Counted from the first letter of the stretch, positions 9,735-18,662 are shown. The stretch is 64,000 bases of DNA from Candidatus Latescibacterota bacterium (GCA_965222605.1 OZ244960.1:1568001-1632000), one strand, 5' to 3'. A program made the numbers and translations. Notes: generated from the letters alone by a model not told the origin.

Positions 9735-11048
9735 ATGTTTAAAAACGGCACCATTCTCGACAAAAGATATCAAATCCAGGCGCACCTGGGAACCGGGGGC
9801 ATGGGCGAAGTTTATCGGGTTTTAGACCTGGATCAAGGCCAGGCGTGCGCGCTCAAAATTTTGAATACAATGGTGGATCAGAAGGCTGTGCATCGCCGTT
9901 TTCACAGAGAGTTTCAAGTGTTGAACCGATTCCAGCACCCGCGCCTGGTCCGCACATACACCTGGGGCTTTGCCGAAGATCGTCCCTATTTTACAATGGA
10001 ATATTTGCCCGGAAAGACATTGGAAAAAATAATTGCCGATCAAGCACGGTTAGGGCAATTCCGAGCGTCTCACTTTTTTGCTCTGGTACAACAACTTGCC
10101 GAGGGATTGGCTTATATCCACACGCAGGGGGCGGTGCATCGCGATCTCAAACCATCCAATATTATGGTTTTGGAAACAGAAGAGGGGATTGAGACCACGA
10201 TCCTGGATATGGGACTGGCGAAACTCAGGCATCTACATAGCGTTTCCATTACGCAAACGGGCGCGGCGATTGGTACCGCCGAGTATATGTCGCCAGAGCA
10301 AGGTAAGGGTCTCTGGGTGGATCATCGGTCAGATTTGTACTCATTGGGCATAATTTTATATGAGATGCTCACGGGCGCGCCGCCATTTTCTGGACAAAAC
10401 CCAATATCTGTTATTATGAAGCATATTCGAGAGTCACCCCCACCAATGGGTCAAGTCAATATCGCTGTTCCCGAACAGACGCAACAAATTGTGCTGAAGT
10501 TGCTGGCAAAAGAGCCTGTTGATCGTTATCAGTCGGCAGAGGAGGTGTTACATGCCTTACCATCGGAGGTTGTGTTGCCGGGTGATGAGCTGCGCGATGT
10601 GCGCAGGAAAGTTATGCGGCCACAATTTATCGGGCGCGAATCCGAAATGAAGACGTTGCGCGCAATGTTGCAGGATGTACAGGCTGGCAAACAGCGCGTA
10701 GTGCTGATCTCTGGTGAGGCAGGGGTGGGCAAATCGAGATTGGTCGAAGAACTATTGGGCGACGCTCTGATCCATGACTTTCTGTGTTTGAAAAGCGCAG
10801 CTCAGGAAGAGGGCAGACAAATATACGGTGCGTTGATTGATGCTTTTCAGCGAGTAAAAACGACGGATTTGGTGGGAAGGGAAACAGACAAGTTTTCTGT
10901 TATGGAGCGTTGGTTGCAGTTATTAAAAAGTCTGCGACAGAAACAGCCCATTGTGTTGTGTTTGGAAGATATTCAATGGCTTGATGAATTGACCCTGGAA
11001 TTTTTACAGTACGCGATCCAGAACCGTGCCCGTTTTTGTTATGCCTGA
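9735..11048 (+). CDS. Ser/Thr protein kinase + AAA ATPase N-terminal part (5' part of a frameshifted kinase-AAA-TPR-GAF-sigma54 activator)
   Basis: Kinase motifs LGTGGMGEVY, HRDLKPSN, DMGLA, GTAEYMSPEQ and SDLYSLG; then FIGRESE, Walker A GEAGVGKS and Walker B LEDIQWLD. Confidence 0.88.
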   Translation: MFKNGTILDKRYQIQAHLGTGGMGEVYRVLDLDQGQACALKILNTMVDQKAVHRRFHREFQVLNRFQHPRLVRTYTWGFAEDRPYFTMEYLPGKTLEKIIADQARLGQFRASHFFALVQQLAEGLAYIHTQGAVHRDLKPSNIMVLETEEGIETTILDMGLAKLRHLHSVSITQTGAAIGTAEYMSPEQGKGLWVDHRSDLYSLGIILYEMLTGAPPFSGQNPISVIMKHIRESPPPMGQVNIAVPEQTQQIVLKLLAKEPVDRYQSAEEVLHALPSEVVLPGDELRDVRRKVMRPQFIGRESEMKTLRAMLQDVQAGKQRVVLISGEAGVGKSRLVEELLGDALIHDFLCLKSAAQEEGRQIYGALIDAFQRVKTTDLVGRETDKFSVMERWLQLLKSLRQKQPIVLCLEDIQWLDELTLEFLQYAIQNRARFCYA

Positions 11049-14000
11049 CTTGCCGATGGTCTAACCTGGAACCCCTTTCAGAGGAAATTGAAAAATTTAT
11101 ATACAGTAATGAATTTGCCGAGACGACCCAGATGCAGTTGGGAAATCTGTCACAAGAAGCGTCGGGATATTTAGCGGCGTCGATGTTTGGGGAGCGAGCC
11201 ATACCGTTAGATGCATTGCAAACCCTGTTCAGAGAAACAGGTGGGCTACCCCTGTTTGTCGTGGAGGCTGTGAGGACACTGGTAAATGCCGATGTGGTTC
11301 GGCAGAATGCGTTCGGCGATTGGCAGTGGGGAGAATTTCCCGAAACTTTGTTGTCCGATGATTTTGCAGAGGTTTTGTACAGGCGCATAGTTGCCCTGCC
11401 TGCTGTGCAACAGCGGGTGCTGGAATACGCCTGTGTTTTTCTGAGTGATTTTCCTTTTGAATTATTGGCTGCTATCTGGCGCGGCGATGAGTTGGAACTG
11501 TTGGATGTACTGGATGAATTGATTGCAGAAGGGCTTTTGACAGCTTGTGGAGAGGATGAAGATCGATATCGATTTTCACAGGCGTTGTGTCGGCGTGCAA
11601 TTTACGATCACATGCAAAATGTGCGGCGACGTCTGCTGCATCGAGAAATTGGCAGTGCTTTGGAAAAGATGGAGGATGCAGAAGAACTGACGGAAGAATT
11701 GGCGGATCATTTTGCGGCGGCAAAAGAACAAGATAAAGCTGTGAAATATACACGCCTATCAGGCAAAAAAGCATTGGAGGTACAAGCCTATCGCCAGGCA
11801 TTGAGACGGTTTGAGGCTGTGCGAGACTGGGCAGCGGATGACGCTTTTGAATCACCTGCAGATGTAATTGACTTTTTGTGCGATTATGCAGATGCGTTGC
11901 GCAATTGCGGTCAGCACAATAGCGCACTGGAACTTTTAGATGAGGCACAGGCGTTATTGCCCGATGATCGGAACGATTTGAAGGCACGTATTTTGAGGAA
12001 TATAGGTGGTATTCATACCGTACTTCAACAGGGAAAAATTACAAAAAAATATATGTTGGAGGCATTGCGACTTTATCGAGAACTGGGTGATTTTGAGGGT
12101 GAAATTCAAACGTTGGGGAGTTTGGCTTATTTGTACGACATGTCTGGACGACACGAAGAAGCTATTGCATATATGCGTCGGGAAATAGAGAAACGTCGTG
12201 CGCTACGAGAACCACAAAACAGAGCTTTTATACAGGGGCGAGAAGGTCAAGCAGCATTGGTCGGATTTCGATTTGAGACAGCTAAGGGGTATTTGGAAAC
12301 TGCTGTAAAGGCCTTTAAGCAACCTGGTCTGGAGCACCATCGCATTTGGGCACTTAATTTTCTTCCAAGAGTTTATTTCTATCTAAATAATTTTAATCGT
12401 GCAGAAGCCATTTGCCACGAAGTCATTGGTGAGTGGCAGAAGCGAGGGGTTGTGTACTGGGAAGCAGTGAATCTTCTCTGGCTTGGGGAATTGGCTCTGG
12501 AACGCGGTGATTTTGCCGAGGCATTGGAATATGCCGAGACCTCAGCAGAGCGTTTTTTGGAAACACCGAGAAGAGATTATGTCTATCGCGCTTATGCAAT
12601 AGCGGCAACAGTTGCTGCGAGAATGGGAGATGCAGAAGTAGCACTTGAATGGGCAGAAAAAGCCAGTGAAGGTACGCAACAAACATCGGGTATGTACACG
12701 GGTATATTGCCCCTGGTGTATTGTGGTATTGGTGTTGCTTTTGCTCAAGCAGAGCGGATTTCTGAGGCTGAAGAGGCTTTTGAGCAGGCTATTGAATGCC
12801 GAAGAGAATCCAAAGGCGATCACTGGGCACGTGCGTTGCTGATGGCAGGGGAGTTTTATCTCGAGCGCGATGATATGACAAAAGCTCAAGAGTATCTCGA
12901 AGCGGCACAACAGGCTTTTGGAGAAATGGAAATGTCCTATTTTTTGGAGAAAACAGAGGTGCTATTAAATCAATTATCTCGCGACAAAGATGGTCACGGC
13001 AAGGATGCCGCTCCAACCCCCAGTTCTGAGATTTCAGTCGATACGTTGTCTGTTGATCGCTTGCGCTTGCTTTACGATGTGAGCAGGGAATTAACCACAG
13101 AGCGCGATGTCAAAGTGTTATTGGATCGAACTTTGGGTAATTTACTGGCTGTTTATCCCGCAGAGCGAGTACTTATTGCGGTGAAAAATGAGGCTCCAAA
13201 AGGCTTTGTGGTTGATGCGGTACGTTACCACAATGTAGAAGCTGATGATGCAGAAGCACTGAGTCGGAGTATTATTCGCCGCGTTATTGAAACAAATGAA
13301 CCGGTTTTGAGCGTTGATGCCCAGGCAGATGGAAGACTCAATCGGTATCAAAGCGTGATGGACTACAACATTCGGTCTGTATTGTGCGTACCCCTATTTC
13401 ATGTTAAGGAAGGTGTGATGGGTGCCCTATATGTGGATCATCGCGGTATCGGCAACGCATTTTCTGAAGCAGATCAGACGTTTTTACAAGCATTTGCGAA
13501 TCTGGTGGGGGTAGCACTGGTCAATGCGAGGATGTACGAACAATTAGAAGATAAAACGCGATATTTGCAGCAACAGATCGAAAGGCGGTACCAGCTTGAC
13601 GATCTGGTTGGGCAAAGTGATGCGATGCAGGCCATCTACTATCTTATCGAACGCGCTTCACAAAGTGATATACCCGTACTTGTGCAGGGCGAAACAGGTA
13701 CAGGCAAAGAATTGGCTGCGCGTGCCATACACTACAATAGCAGACGCAAAGACCAGCCATTTTTGTCGCAAAATTGCGCTGCACTTTCACCAGAGTTGTT
13801 GCAGAGTGAGTTGTTTGGGCACAAAAAAGGGGCGTTTACTGGCGCGACAGCAAATCACACTGGGATTTTTGAAGCGGCCAATGGCGGTACGGTTTTTTTA
13901 GATGAAATCGCTGATGCTTCACCACAGTTGCAAAGGAGTTTGTTGCGGGTGTTGCAAGAGGGTGAGGTGCGGCGCGTGGGAGAAACAGTGGATCGCGCAG

Positions 14001-14533
14001 TGGATGTGCGCATTATTGCAGCGACCAATCGAGACTTAAAAAAAGAAGTAGAAAACAGCTCCTTCCGCGAAGATCTGTATTACCGGTTGCATGTGATTCA
14101 GATCAATATGCCGCCTTTGCGAAAACGCATTGAAGATGTGCCATTATTGGCTGAACATTTGCTCATTCGGGCAAAAGAAGATGCAAACAAGTCGGTTGGG
14201 GGGCTGACAGTAGGTGCGATAAAGACCCTTGCAAGTTACAACTGGCCTGGTAATGTACGCGAGTTAGAAAATGAGATTCGGCGTGCGGTTGCATTGGTAG
14301 AAGAAGAGGGTGAAATTACGCCCGATTTGTTTTCAGAAACTGTCGGGTACACAGTGTCAGATGTCCCTGTCGAATCCCAGGAACGTTTACAAGACCGTGT
14401 CCAGGAGTATGAAAAACGAGTGATTCGAGACGCACTCGAGAAATGCGAGGGCAATATTACCCATACGGCTAAAGAACTGGGGATAACGCGTGCTGGTTTA
14501 CAGAAAAAGATCAATCGTTTGGGATTGAGATAG
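11036..14533 (+). CDS. AAA C-terminal part/wHTH-TPR-GAF-sigma54 enhancer-binding protein with Fis HTH (3' part of the frameshifted gene)
   Basis: TGGLPLFV; TPR-like helices; GAF RSVLCVPL...GALYVD; GETGTGKE, ELFGHKKGAFTGA, FLDEI, RIIAATN, FREDLYYRL and WPGNVRELEN; HTH NITHTAKELGITR. Confidence 0.9.
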   Translation: MLCLTCRWSNLEPLSEEIEKFIYSNEFAETTQMQLGNLSQEASGYLAASMFGERAIPLDALQTLFRETGGLPLFVVEAVRTLVNADVVRQNAFGDWQWGEFPETLLSDDFAEVLYRRIVALPAVQQRVLEYACVFLSDFPFELLAAIWRGDELELLDVLDELIAEGLLTACGEDEDRYRFSQALCRRAIYDHMQNVRRRLLHREIGSALEKMEDAEELTEELADHFAAAKEQDKAVKYTRLSGKKALEVQAYRQALRRFEAVRDWAADDAFESPADVIDFLCDYADALRNCGQHNSALELLDEAQALLPDDRNDLKARILRNIGGIHTVLQQGKITKKYMLEALRLYRELGDFEGEIQTLGSLAYLYDMSGRHEEAIAYMRREIEKRRALREPQNRAFIQGREGQAALVGFRFETAKGYLETAVKAFKQPGLEHHRIWALNFLPRVYFYLNNFNRAEAICHEVIGEWQKRGVVYWEAVNLLWLGELALERGDFAEALEYAETSAERFLETPRRDYVYRAYAIAATVAARMGDAEVALEWAEKASEGTQQTSGMYTGILPLVYCGIGVAFAQAERISEAEEAFEQAIECRRESKGDHWARALLMAGEFYLERDDMTKAQEYLEAAQQAFGEMEMSYFLEKTEVLLNQLSRDKDGHGKDAAPTPSSEISVDTLSVDRLRLLYDVSRELTTERDVKVLLDRTLGNLLAVYPAERVLIAVKNEAPKGFVVDAVRYHNVEADDAEALSRSIIRRVIETNEPVLSVDAQADGRLNRYQSVMDYNIRSVLCVPLFHVKEGVMGALYVDHRGIGNAFSEADQTFLQAFANLVGVALVNARMYEQLEDKTRYLQQQIERRYQLDDLVGQSDAMQAIYYLIERASQSDIPVLVQGETGTGKELAARAIHYNSRRKDQPFLSQNCAALSPELLQSELFGHKKGAFTGATANHTGIFEAANGGTVFLDEIADASPQLQRSLLRVLQEGEVRRVGETVDRAVDVRIIAATNRDLKKEVENSSFREDLYYRLHVIQINMPPLRKRIEDVPLLAEHLLIRAKEDANKSVGGLTVGAIKTLASYNWPGNVRELENEIRRAVALVEEEGEITPDLFSETVGYTVSDVPVESQERLQDRVQEYEKRVIRDALEKCEGNITHTAKELGITRAGLQKKINRLGLR

Positions 14534-14544
14534 TCGGTGAACAG

Positions 14545-14664
14545 GTGCATCCAACTGTATGCAGTGCATCCTGTCGGATGCACTTTACCTATTCTTATAT
14601 AATTCAAATATTTATGTTGGTTTTCTTTAAATAAGCACTTATAGGTGCATCCTGTCGGATGCAC
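14545..14664. promoter_or_regulatory. Three palindromic upstream activator (enhancer) sites
   Basis: GTGCATCC-TGTC-GGATGCAC is identical at 14564-14583 and 14645-14664; a degenerate copy GTGCATCC-AACT-GTATGCAG lies at 14545-14564. All are 110-230 bp upstream of a sigma54 promoter. Confidence 0.8.
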
Positions 14665-14721
14665 TTGCGCCAGAATCTCGCAGGTGTAGCACAAATAATC
14701 CTTAAATTTTATCTCTTTTAT

Positions 14722-14734
14722 TTTCAATCACTTG
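14722..14734. promoter_or_regulatory. Putative IHF site between enhancer and sigma54 promoter
   Basis: TTTCAATCACTTG has one mismatch to WATCAANNNNTTR and lies in an AT-rich context. Confidence 0.5.
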
Positions 14735-14773
14735 AGAATCTTCAAGTGCTTTTTTTGTTCTGAGGACGGTTTC

Positions 14774-14788
14774 AGGCACGCCTTTTGC
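14774..14788 (+). promoter_or_regulatory. Sigma54 (-24/-12) promoter of the RiPP operon
   Basis: AGGCACG-CCTT-TTGC gives exact GG-N10-GC spacing. Confidence 0.82.
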
Positions 14789-14846
14789 GGTATGAAAAGG
14801 GCGAGACAGTGACAATATGGGATTTTCGCATCGTAAGGAGAGTAAT

Positions 14847-15026
14847 ATGGCAACGCGACGCAAGTTGGATCTGATCAATGGAACGATAGATACAGAAGGT
14901 GGTATTCTTATGTATCGGGCTACGAACAGTTTTGAGGTTGGCTGTATGCCTGGTGATATAGCCGTTCCCCCCCTGCCCTTTCCCAATGACGATGACGATT
15001 GGGACAATTTTGAGCAAGCTAAGTGA
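14847..15026 (+). CDS. Putative RiPP (ranthipeptide-like) precursor peptide, 59 aa
   Basis: RBS AAGGAG; sequence MATRRKLDLINGTIDTEGGILMYRATNSFEVGCMPGDIAVPPLPFPNDDDDWDNFEQAK; single CX3D motif (CMPGD); directly upstream of a radical SAM/SPASM gene. Confidence 0.75.
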   Translation: MATRRKLDLINGTIDTEGGILMYRATNSFEVGCMPGDIAVPPLPFPNDDDDWDNFEQAK

Positions 15027-15050
15027 TTTCGATTCTCAGGAGTGCTTGAC

Positions 15051-16487
15051 ATGCTATGCATTCAGAAATGTGACATGCATCTTTTTCAAACAGAAGAGCA
15101 AAAACAGCCTGTTGTCTATCAGGTTGAGACGGGTCTGTTTTTTACACTGGATCCCCTTTTGCAGGCAATTTTAGCGTGTTGTGAGGGGATATCTGCTTCA
15201 CAGGTTGTTCAGATGTTGGCTGATCAATACGAGGCAGAAGAAATCGTGGAGGCTATCCAAGAATTGGCTCAGGTGGGTTTGATTTCGGATGGTGCTCTAC
15301 CTGTGGTATCCGATGTACCGACGACAGAAGGGGTGGCAGCCTGTGGGGTATCGCAGACAGATCGTTTGCAGGTGTCGTTGCACGTTTCGCATACGTGCAA
15401 TATCCAATGCGCTTATTGCTTTGCCCACGGCGGGGATTATGGCGGTAAGGCCATGCTGATGCAATCAGACGTTGCCGAGCAAGCCATACGATGGATTGTC
15501 ACCGAGGCTCAGACATTGGGGCGGTGCCAGATTGATTTTTTTGGCGGGGAGCCGCTTTTGAATTTTCCACTGATGCGCAAGCTTGTCCCATTTGCCAAAT
15601 CCCAGGCAGCGCGATTGGGTGTGCAGGTTGGTTTTGGCATTGTGACCAATGGCACGTTGTTGACTGACGAGATGAAGCAGTTTTTAGTTGATGAAAAGTT
15701 TCAGATTAAGGTCAGCCTGGATGGTGGGCGTGCAACACAGAACCGCATTCGCAAGTTTCACAATGATTCAGGTACTTATGATGTTGTGGCAACGAATGTA
15801 AAAAAGCTGACTGCTGAGGTACCTGAGCGCGTGTATTTGCAGGCTGTTATGACAGCGTATGATATGGATGAGGATCAGATTGCCGATGCGTTGCGTTCTC
15901 TGGGTACTGAAAACGCGCTGGTTGGCCCGGCGGTTGTCTCCCCCGATAAACCTTATGCTATTCGAGAAGAACACATACCCGCATTGAAGCAACAAATTCA
16001 CAAGCGGAGCCGGCGTGCGCTCAAAGCCATTTTAAGTGGTGAAAAGGGTGAAGATGAAGAGTTTGATCCGAGGATTCAAAAACTTTTGACACGCAAAAAA
16101 TCTTGTCACGGGTGTCTCGGTGGCAAGCAGTATTTGGCTGTTGCAGCAGATGGGTCAATTTATTTTTGCTCGAGTTTGGCCGATGCGCCCGAGTTTAAGA
16201 TGGGTGATGTGTTTGCGGGTATTGACCGCGAAAAACAGCATTATTTTGACGCGCAGTTCAATGTGAATAATCGTCCTGAGTGCAAAACGTGCTGGGCGCG
16301 CAACTTATGTGGTGGCGGATGTCTTTGGGAGGCGCGGACGACGACGGATGATCCGATGTCTCCCAACCCGGTTTATTGTGAGCAGACGCGCTATCGTTAT
16401 GAACTGGCAATGGAAATGTGTATGGAAATTGCAGAAGCAGATGCGTCTTTGTTGCAGCGACGTTATGATCTGGAAGTGGTATCATAA
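15051..16487 (+). CDS. Radical SAM/SPASM peptide maturase with N-terminal RRE (PapB/CteB/QhpD-like)
   Basis: CNIQCAYC, DFFGGEPLLN, VTNGTLL and SLDG; SPASM C...DGSIYFC...CKTCWARNLCGGGC...C; N-terminal ~90-aa PqqD-like segment ending EAIQELAQVGLI; RBS AGGAG. Confidence 0.9.
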   Translation: MLCIQKCDMHLFQTEEQKQPVVYQVETGLFFTLDPLLQAILACCEGISASQVVQMLADQYEAEEIVEAIQELAQVGLISDGALPVVSDVPTTEGVAACGVSQTDRLQVSLHVSHTCNIQCAYCFAHGGDYGGKAMLMQSDVAEQAIRWIVTEAQTLGRCQIDFFGGEPLLNFPLMRKLVPFAKSQAARLGVQVGFGIVTNGTLLTDEMKQFLVDEKFQIKVSLDGGRATQNRIRKFHNDSGTYDVVATNVKKLTAEVPERVYLQAVMTAYDMDEDQIADALRSLGTENALVGPAVVSPDKPYAIREEHIPALKQQIHKRSRRALKAILSGEKGEDEEFDPRIQKLLTRKKSCHGCLGGKQYLAVAADGSIYFCSSLADAPEFKMGDVFAGIDREKQHYFDAQFNVNNRPECKTCWARNLCGGGCLWEARTTTDDPMSPNPVYCEQTRYRYELAMEMCMEIAEADASLLQRRYDLEVVS

Positions 16488-16548
16488 GCAGAGAAGTGAG
16501 GAATGCATAAAATTTTAGACTTCAATTGCATGGAAAGGAGCAATTGCA

Positions 16549-17466
16549 ATGAAAGCGATCTTGTATGTGGCTATGGTGCTGTTTCTTACAGCCAGTTCTG
16601 GCATGGCAGAGCGAAAGACGCTCGACAAAATACATCGTCAAATACCCGTTGGCGCGTCAGAAGTGCTTGTGCCGAACCCAAAACGACAAGATGGTTACGA
16701 TCAGATTATAAAAAATCATGAGTTAAAATACGATAAGAAGACAGGGCTTTATACCTATCGATATTGGCAGACAGATAGCACGTATGTCGATTTGCTTTAT
16801 GAACCCTCCAACCGGCTTGATGTGACGGTTGCATGCTCTGTGGTCTATGATGGAGAAACGGACGAATACACCTATACTTATCACATCCTAAATAGCAAGG
16901 AGAGCTTACAACCTTTGTGGATATTTGCTTTAGATATAGACCGCAGCCTGGTACTTCGTACTGAAACACCTGAACCATGGTATTATTCTTCTACTCATGA
17001 GCCTCCGCCCGGCTCACCTCGATGGGCATTTTGGGGATCGTTAGGCAGGTATGTGCCCCCAGGCGAATCTATTTCCTTGAAGCTTGTGAGCAAACACGGT
17101 CCGATCATCGCTACCTGTTACTCCAAAGGTCGTGCTCGAACTTTTGATCATCCTGTTGTTGTCGATGCTTTGACTTCTCATCCACCAAATAAAGAGGGTG
17201 TTACAGGTCAGACGCTCGCGCCTGGTATTCTGAATGCTGAAAATGCACAAGCACAGATTGAGGCATTTCTCCAGACTGCTCAGACCTGGGGGTGGGTCAG
17301 CACAGAGAAGAAAGGTGCGGCACTTGTTCACCTTTCCAAGGGATTGGATAGAAATACCTTCAACGCCTTAAAAAACGAACTGAATCCCAATCCTGGTGAG
17401 GTTGAAAGTGAGATGGCTGCGTTCTTAGAGCACTTTGCCAATAAGCAGGGATTTGTGGATGATTAG
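16549..17466 (+). CDS. Secreted hypothetical protein in the RiPP operon
   Basis: RBS AAGGAG; signal peptide MKAILYVAMVLFLTASSGMA; beta-rich core; no catalytic motif recognised. Confidence 0.7.
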   Translation: MKAILYVAMVLFLTASSGMAERKTLDKIHRQIPVGASEVLVPNPKRQDGYDQIIKNHELKYDKKTGLYTYRYWQTDSTYVDLLYEPSNRLDVTVACSVVYDGETDEYTYTYHILNSKESLQPLWIFALDIDRSLVLRTETPEPWYYSSTHEPPPGSPRWAFWGSLGRYVPPGESISLKLVSKHGPIIATCYSKGRARTFDHPVVVDALTSHPPNKEGVTGQTLAPGILNAENAQAQIEAFLQTAQTWGWVSTEKKGAALVHLSKGLDRNTFNALKNELNPNPGEVESEMAAFLEHFANKQGFVDD

Positions 17467-17559
17467 CATCTTCTGCATTGGGGCAGCATGCCCCCTCTCG
17501 CAGCAAAATCAAGCCAGCACAGAAAGGCACTGAAGAACGCTATTATCGAATATTTGCTT

Positions 17560-17608
17560 AAAAACGGCATCCAAATGGAGAGCACCCCGTTAGATGCCGT
17601 TTATTTTA
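17560..17608 (+). terminator. Putative intrinsic terminator of the RiPP operon
   Basis: AAACGGCATC...GATGCCGTTT stem followed by a T-rich tract. Confidence 0.55.
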
Positions 17609-17645
17609 CTTTTCTGGTGTGGGATTCTCGACAGATTGTTGGTGA

Positions 17646-18635
17646 TGGGAGGAATATATCACTCAAAAATCCGGCCTCGATAAATGGCCGCTCATTGGAC
17701 AGCACCCCTCACTCTTAGACGTACAAAAGCGCGCGTACCGCGTGGCGAATAGCGAATTGCCCGTCAACATCAGTGGAGAGACTGGCACAGGCAAGGAATT
17801 GCTCGCCCGTTATATTCACGGAATTAGCCACCGCAACAAGGGACCTTTTGTAACCGTTGACTGCGGCCTACTCTCTTCTGAAATGGCGCGCAGCGAGTTA
17901 TTTGGACATGTTCGAGGTGCTTTTACCGGCGCCAGTCAAACGCGCACCGGACTGGTTGAATCTGCCCAAGGCGGTACGCTATTCCTCGATGAAGTGGGCG
18001 AATTGCCTGCCAACCTCCAGTTGCAATTGCTTCGCCTGGCACAGGAACAGGAATTTCGCCGCGTAGGCGACGCACCCATGCGCCGATCCAACGTGCGCCT
18101 GATCACTGCGACACACTGCAATTTGAAAAAAATGATGCGAACAGGAACTTTCCGAGAAGATCTCTATTACCGCTTAAATGTCGTACCCCTGCATTTGCCA
18201 CCCCTGCGGAAGCGACTGAGCGATTTGCCACTTTTGGTCACGCATTTTTGCAAAAGTATGAAAGGATACACGCGCGCGTTTTCCCCCGAAGTAATTCAAA
18301 GGATGTCGCATTATGCCTGGCCTGGCAATGTTCGAGAATTACAACACGAAGTCGCCCGATTGATGGTCATGAGCGAAGGTAAAATTATCCGTGTATCCGA
18401 TCTGAGCCCTCGCATTCGAGGGTCCAAAGCAGAGGTTGATGTATTTGACCTCCCGTTTAAGGAAGCCAGACAACTGGCGAATAGCCGGTTTATGCGGGAG
18501 TATCTCCACAGAGCTTTACAGCGAACACAGGGCAATGTATCACAAGCAGCGCGAGAATGCGGGATTGGCCGACAATATTTCCAGTTGCGTATGTCCGAAC
18601 ACGGTCTAAGGTCGGCATTTTACAAGGAAAAATAA
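17646..18635 (+). CDS. Sigma54 enhancer-binding protein without an N-terminal sensor (AAA + HTH); start uncertain
   Basis: Motifs GETGTGKE, SELFGHVRGAFTGA, LFLDEV, FREDLYYRL and WPGNVRELQ; HTH GNVSQAARECGI. The frame is open upstream of GTG 17742 through LIGQHPSL back to 17646. Confidence 0.85.
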   Translation, partial: WEEYITQKSGLDKWPLIGQHPSLLDVQKRAYRVANSELPVNISGETGTGKELLARYIHGISHRNKGPFVTVDCGLLSSEMARSELFGHVRGAFTGASQTRTGLVESAQGGTLFLDEVGELPANLQLQLLRLAQEQEFRRVGDAPMRRSNVRLITATHCNLKKMMRTGTFREDLYYRLNVVPLHLPPLRKRLSDLPLLVTHFCKSMKGYTRAFSPEVIQRMSHYAWPGNVRELQHEVARLMVMSEGKIIRVSDLSPRIRGSKAEVDVFDLPFKEARQLANSRFMREYLHRALQRTQGNVSQAARECGIGRQYFQLRMSEHGLRSAFYKEK

Positions 18636-18662
18636 TGCCTCTTCCGGCTATGTATTAAACGA

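Noticed and set aside
10997-11010. Programmed -1 ribosomal frameshift in the kinase-activator gene
   Set aside because: There is no canonical X XXY YYZ heptamer in the correct phase and no obvious stimulatory structure; a single-base deletion is simpler.
14564-14664. Identical 20-bp palindromes as CRISPR repeats
   Set aside because: Spacing is irregular, and the position between a bEBP gene and a -24/-12 promoter fits enhancer sites.
14847-16487. Quinohemoprotein amine dehydrogenase (QhpC/QhpD) or SCIFF locus
   Set aside because: The peptide has one Cys rather than several, and no qhpA/qhpB genes are present.
17488-17718. 76-aa ORF as a second RiPP precursor
   Set aside because: It has no Cys and no clear RBS, spans the terminator hairpin and overlaps the 5' extension of the bEBP.
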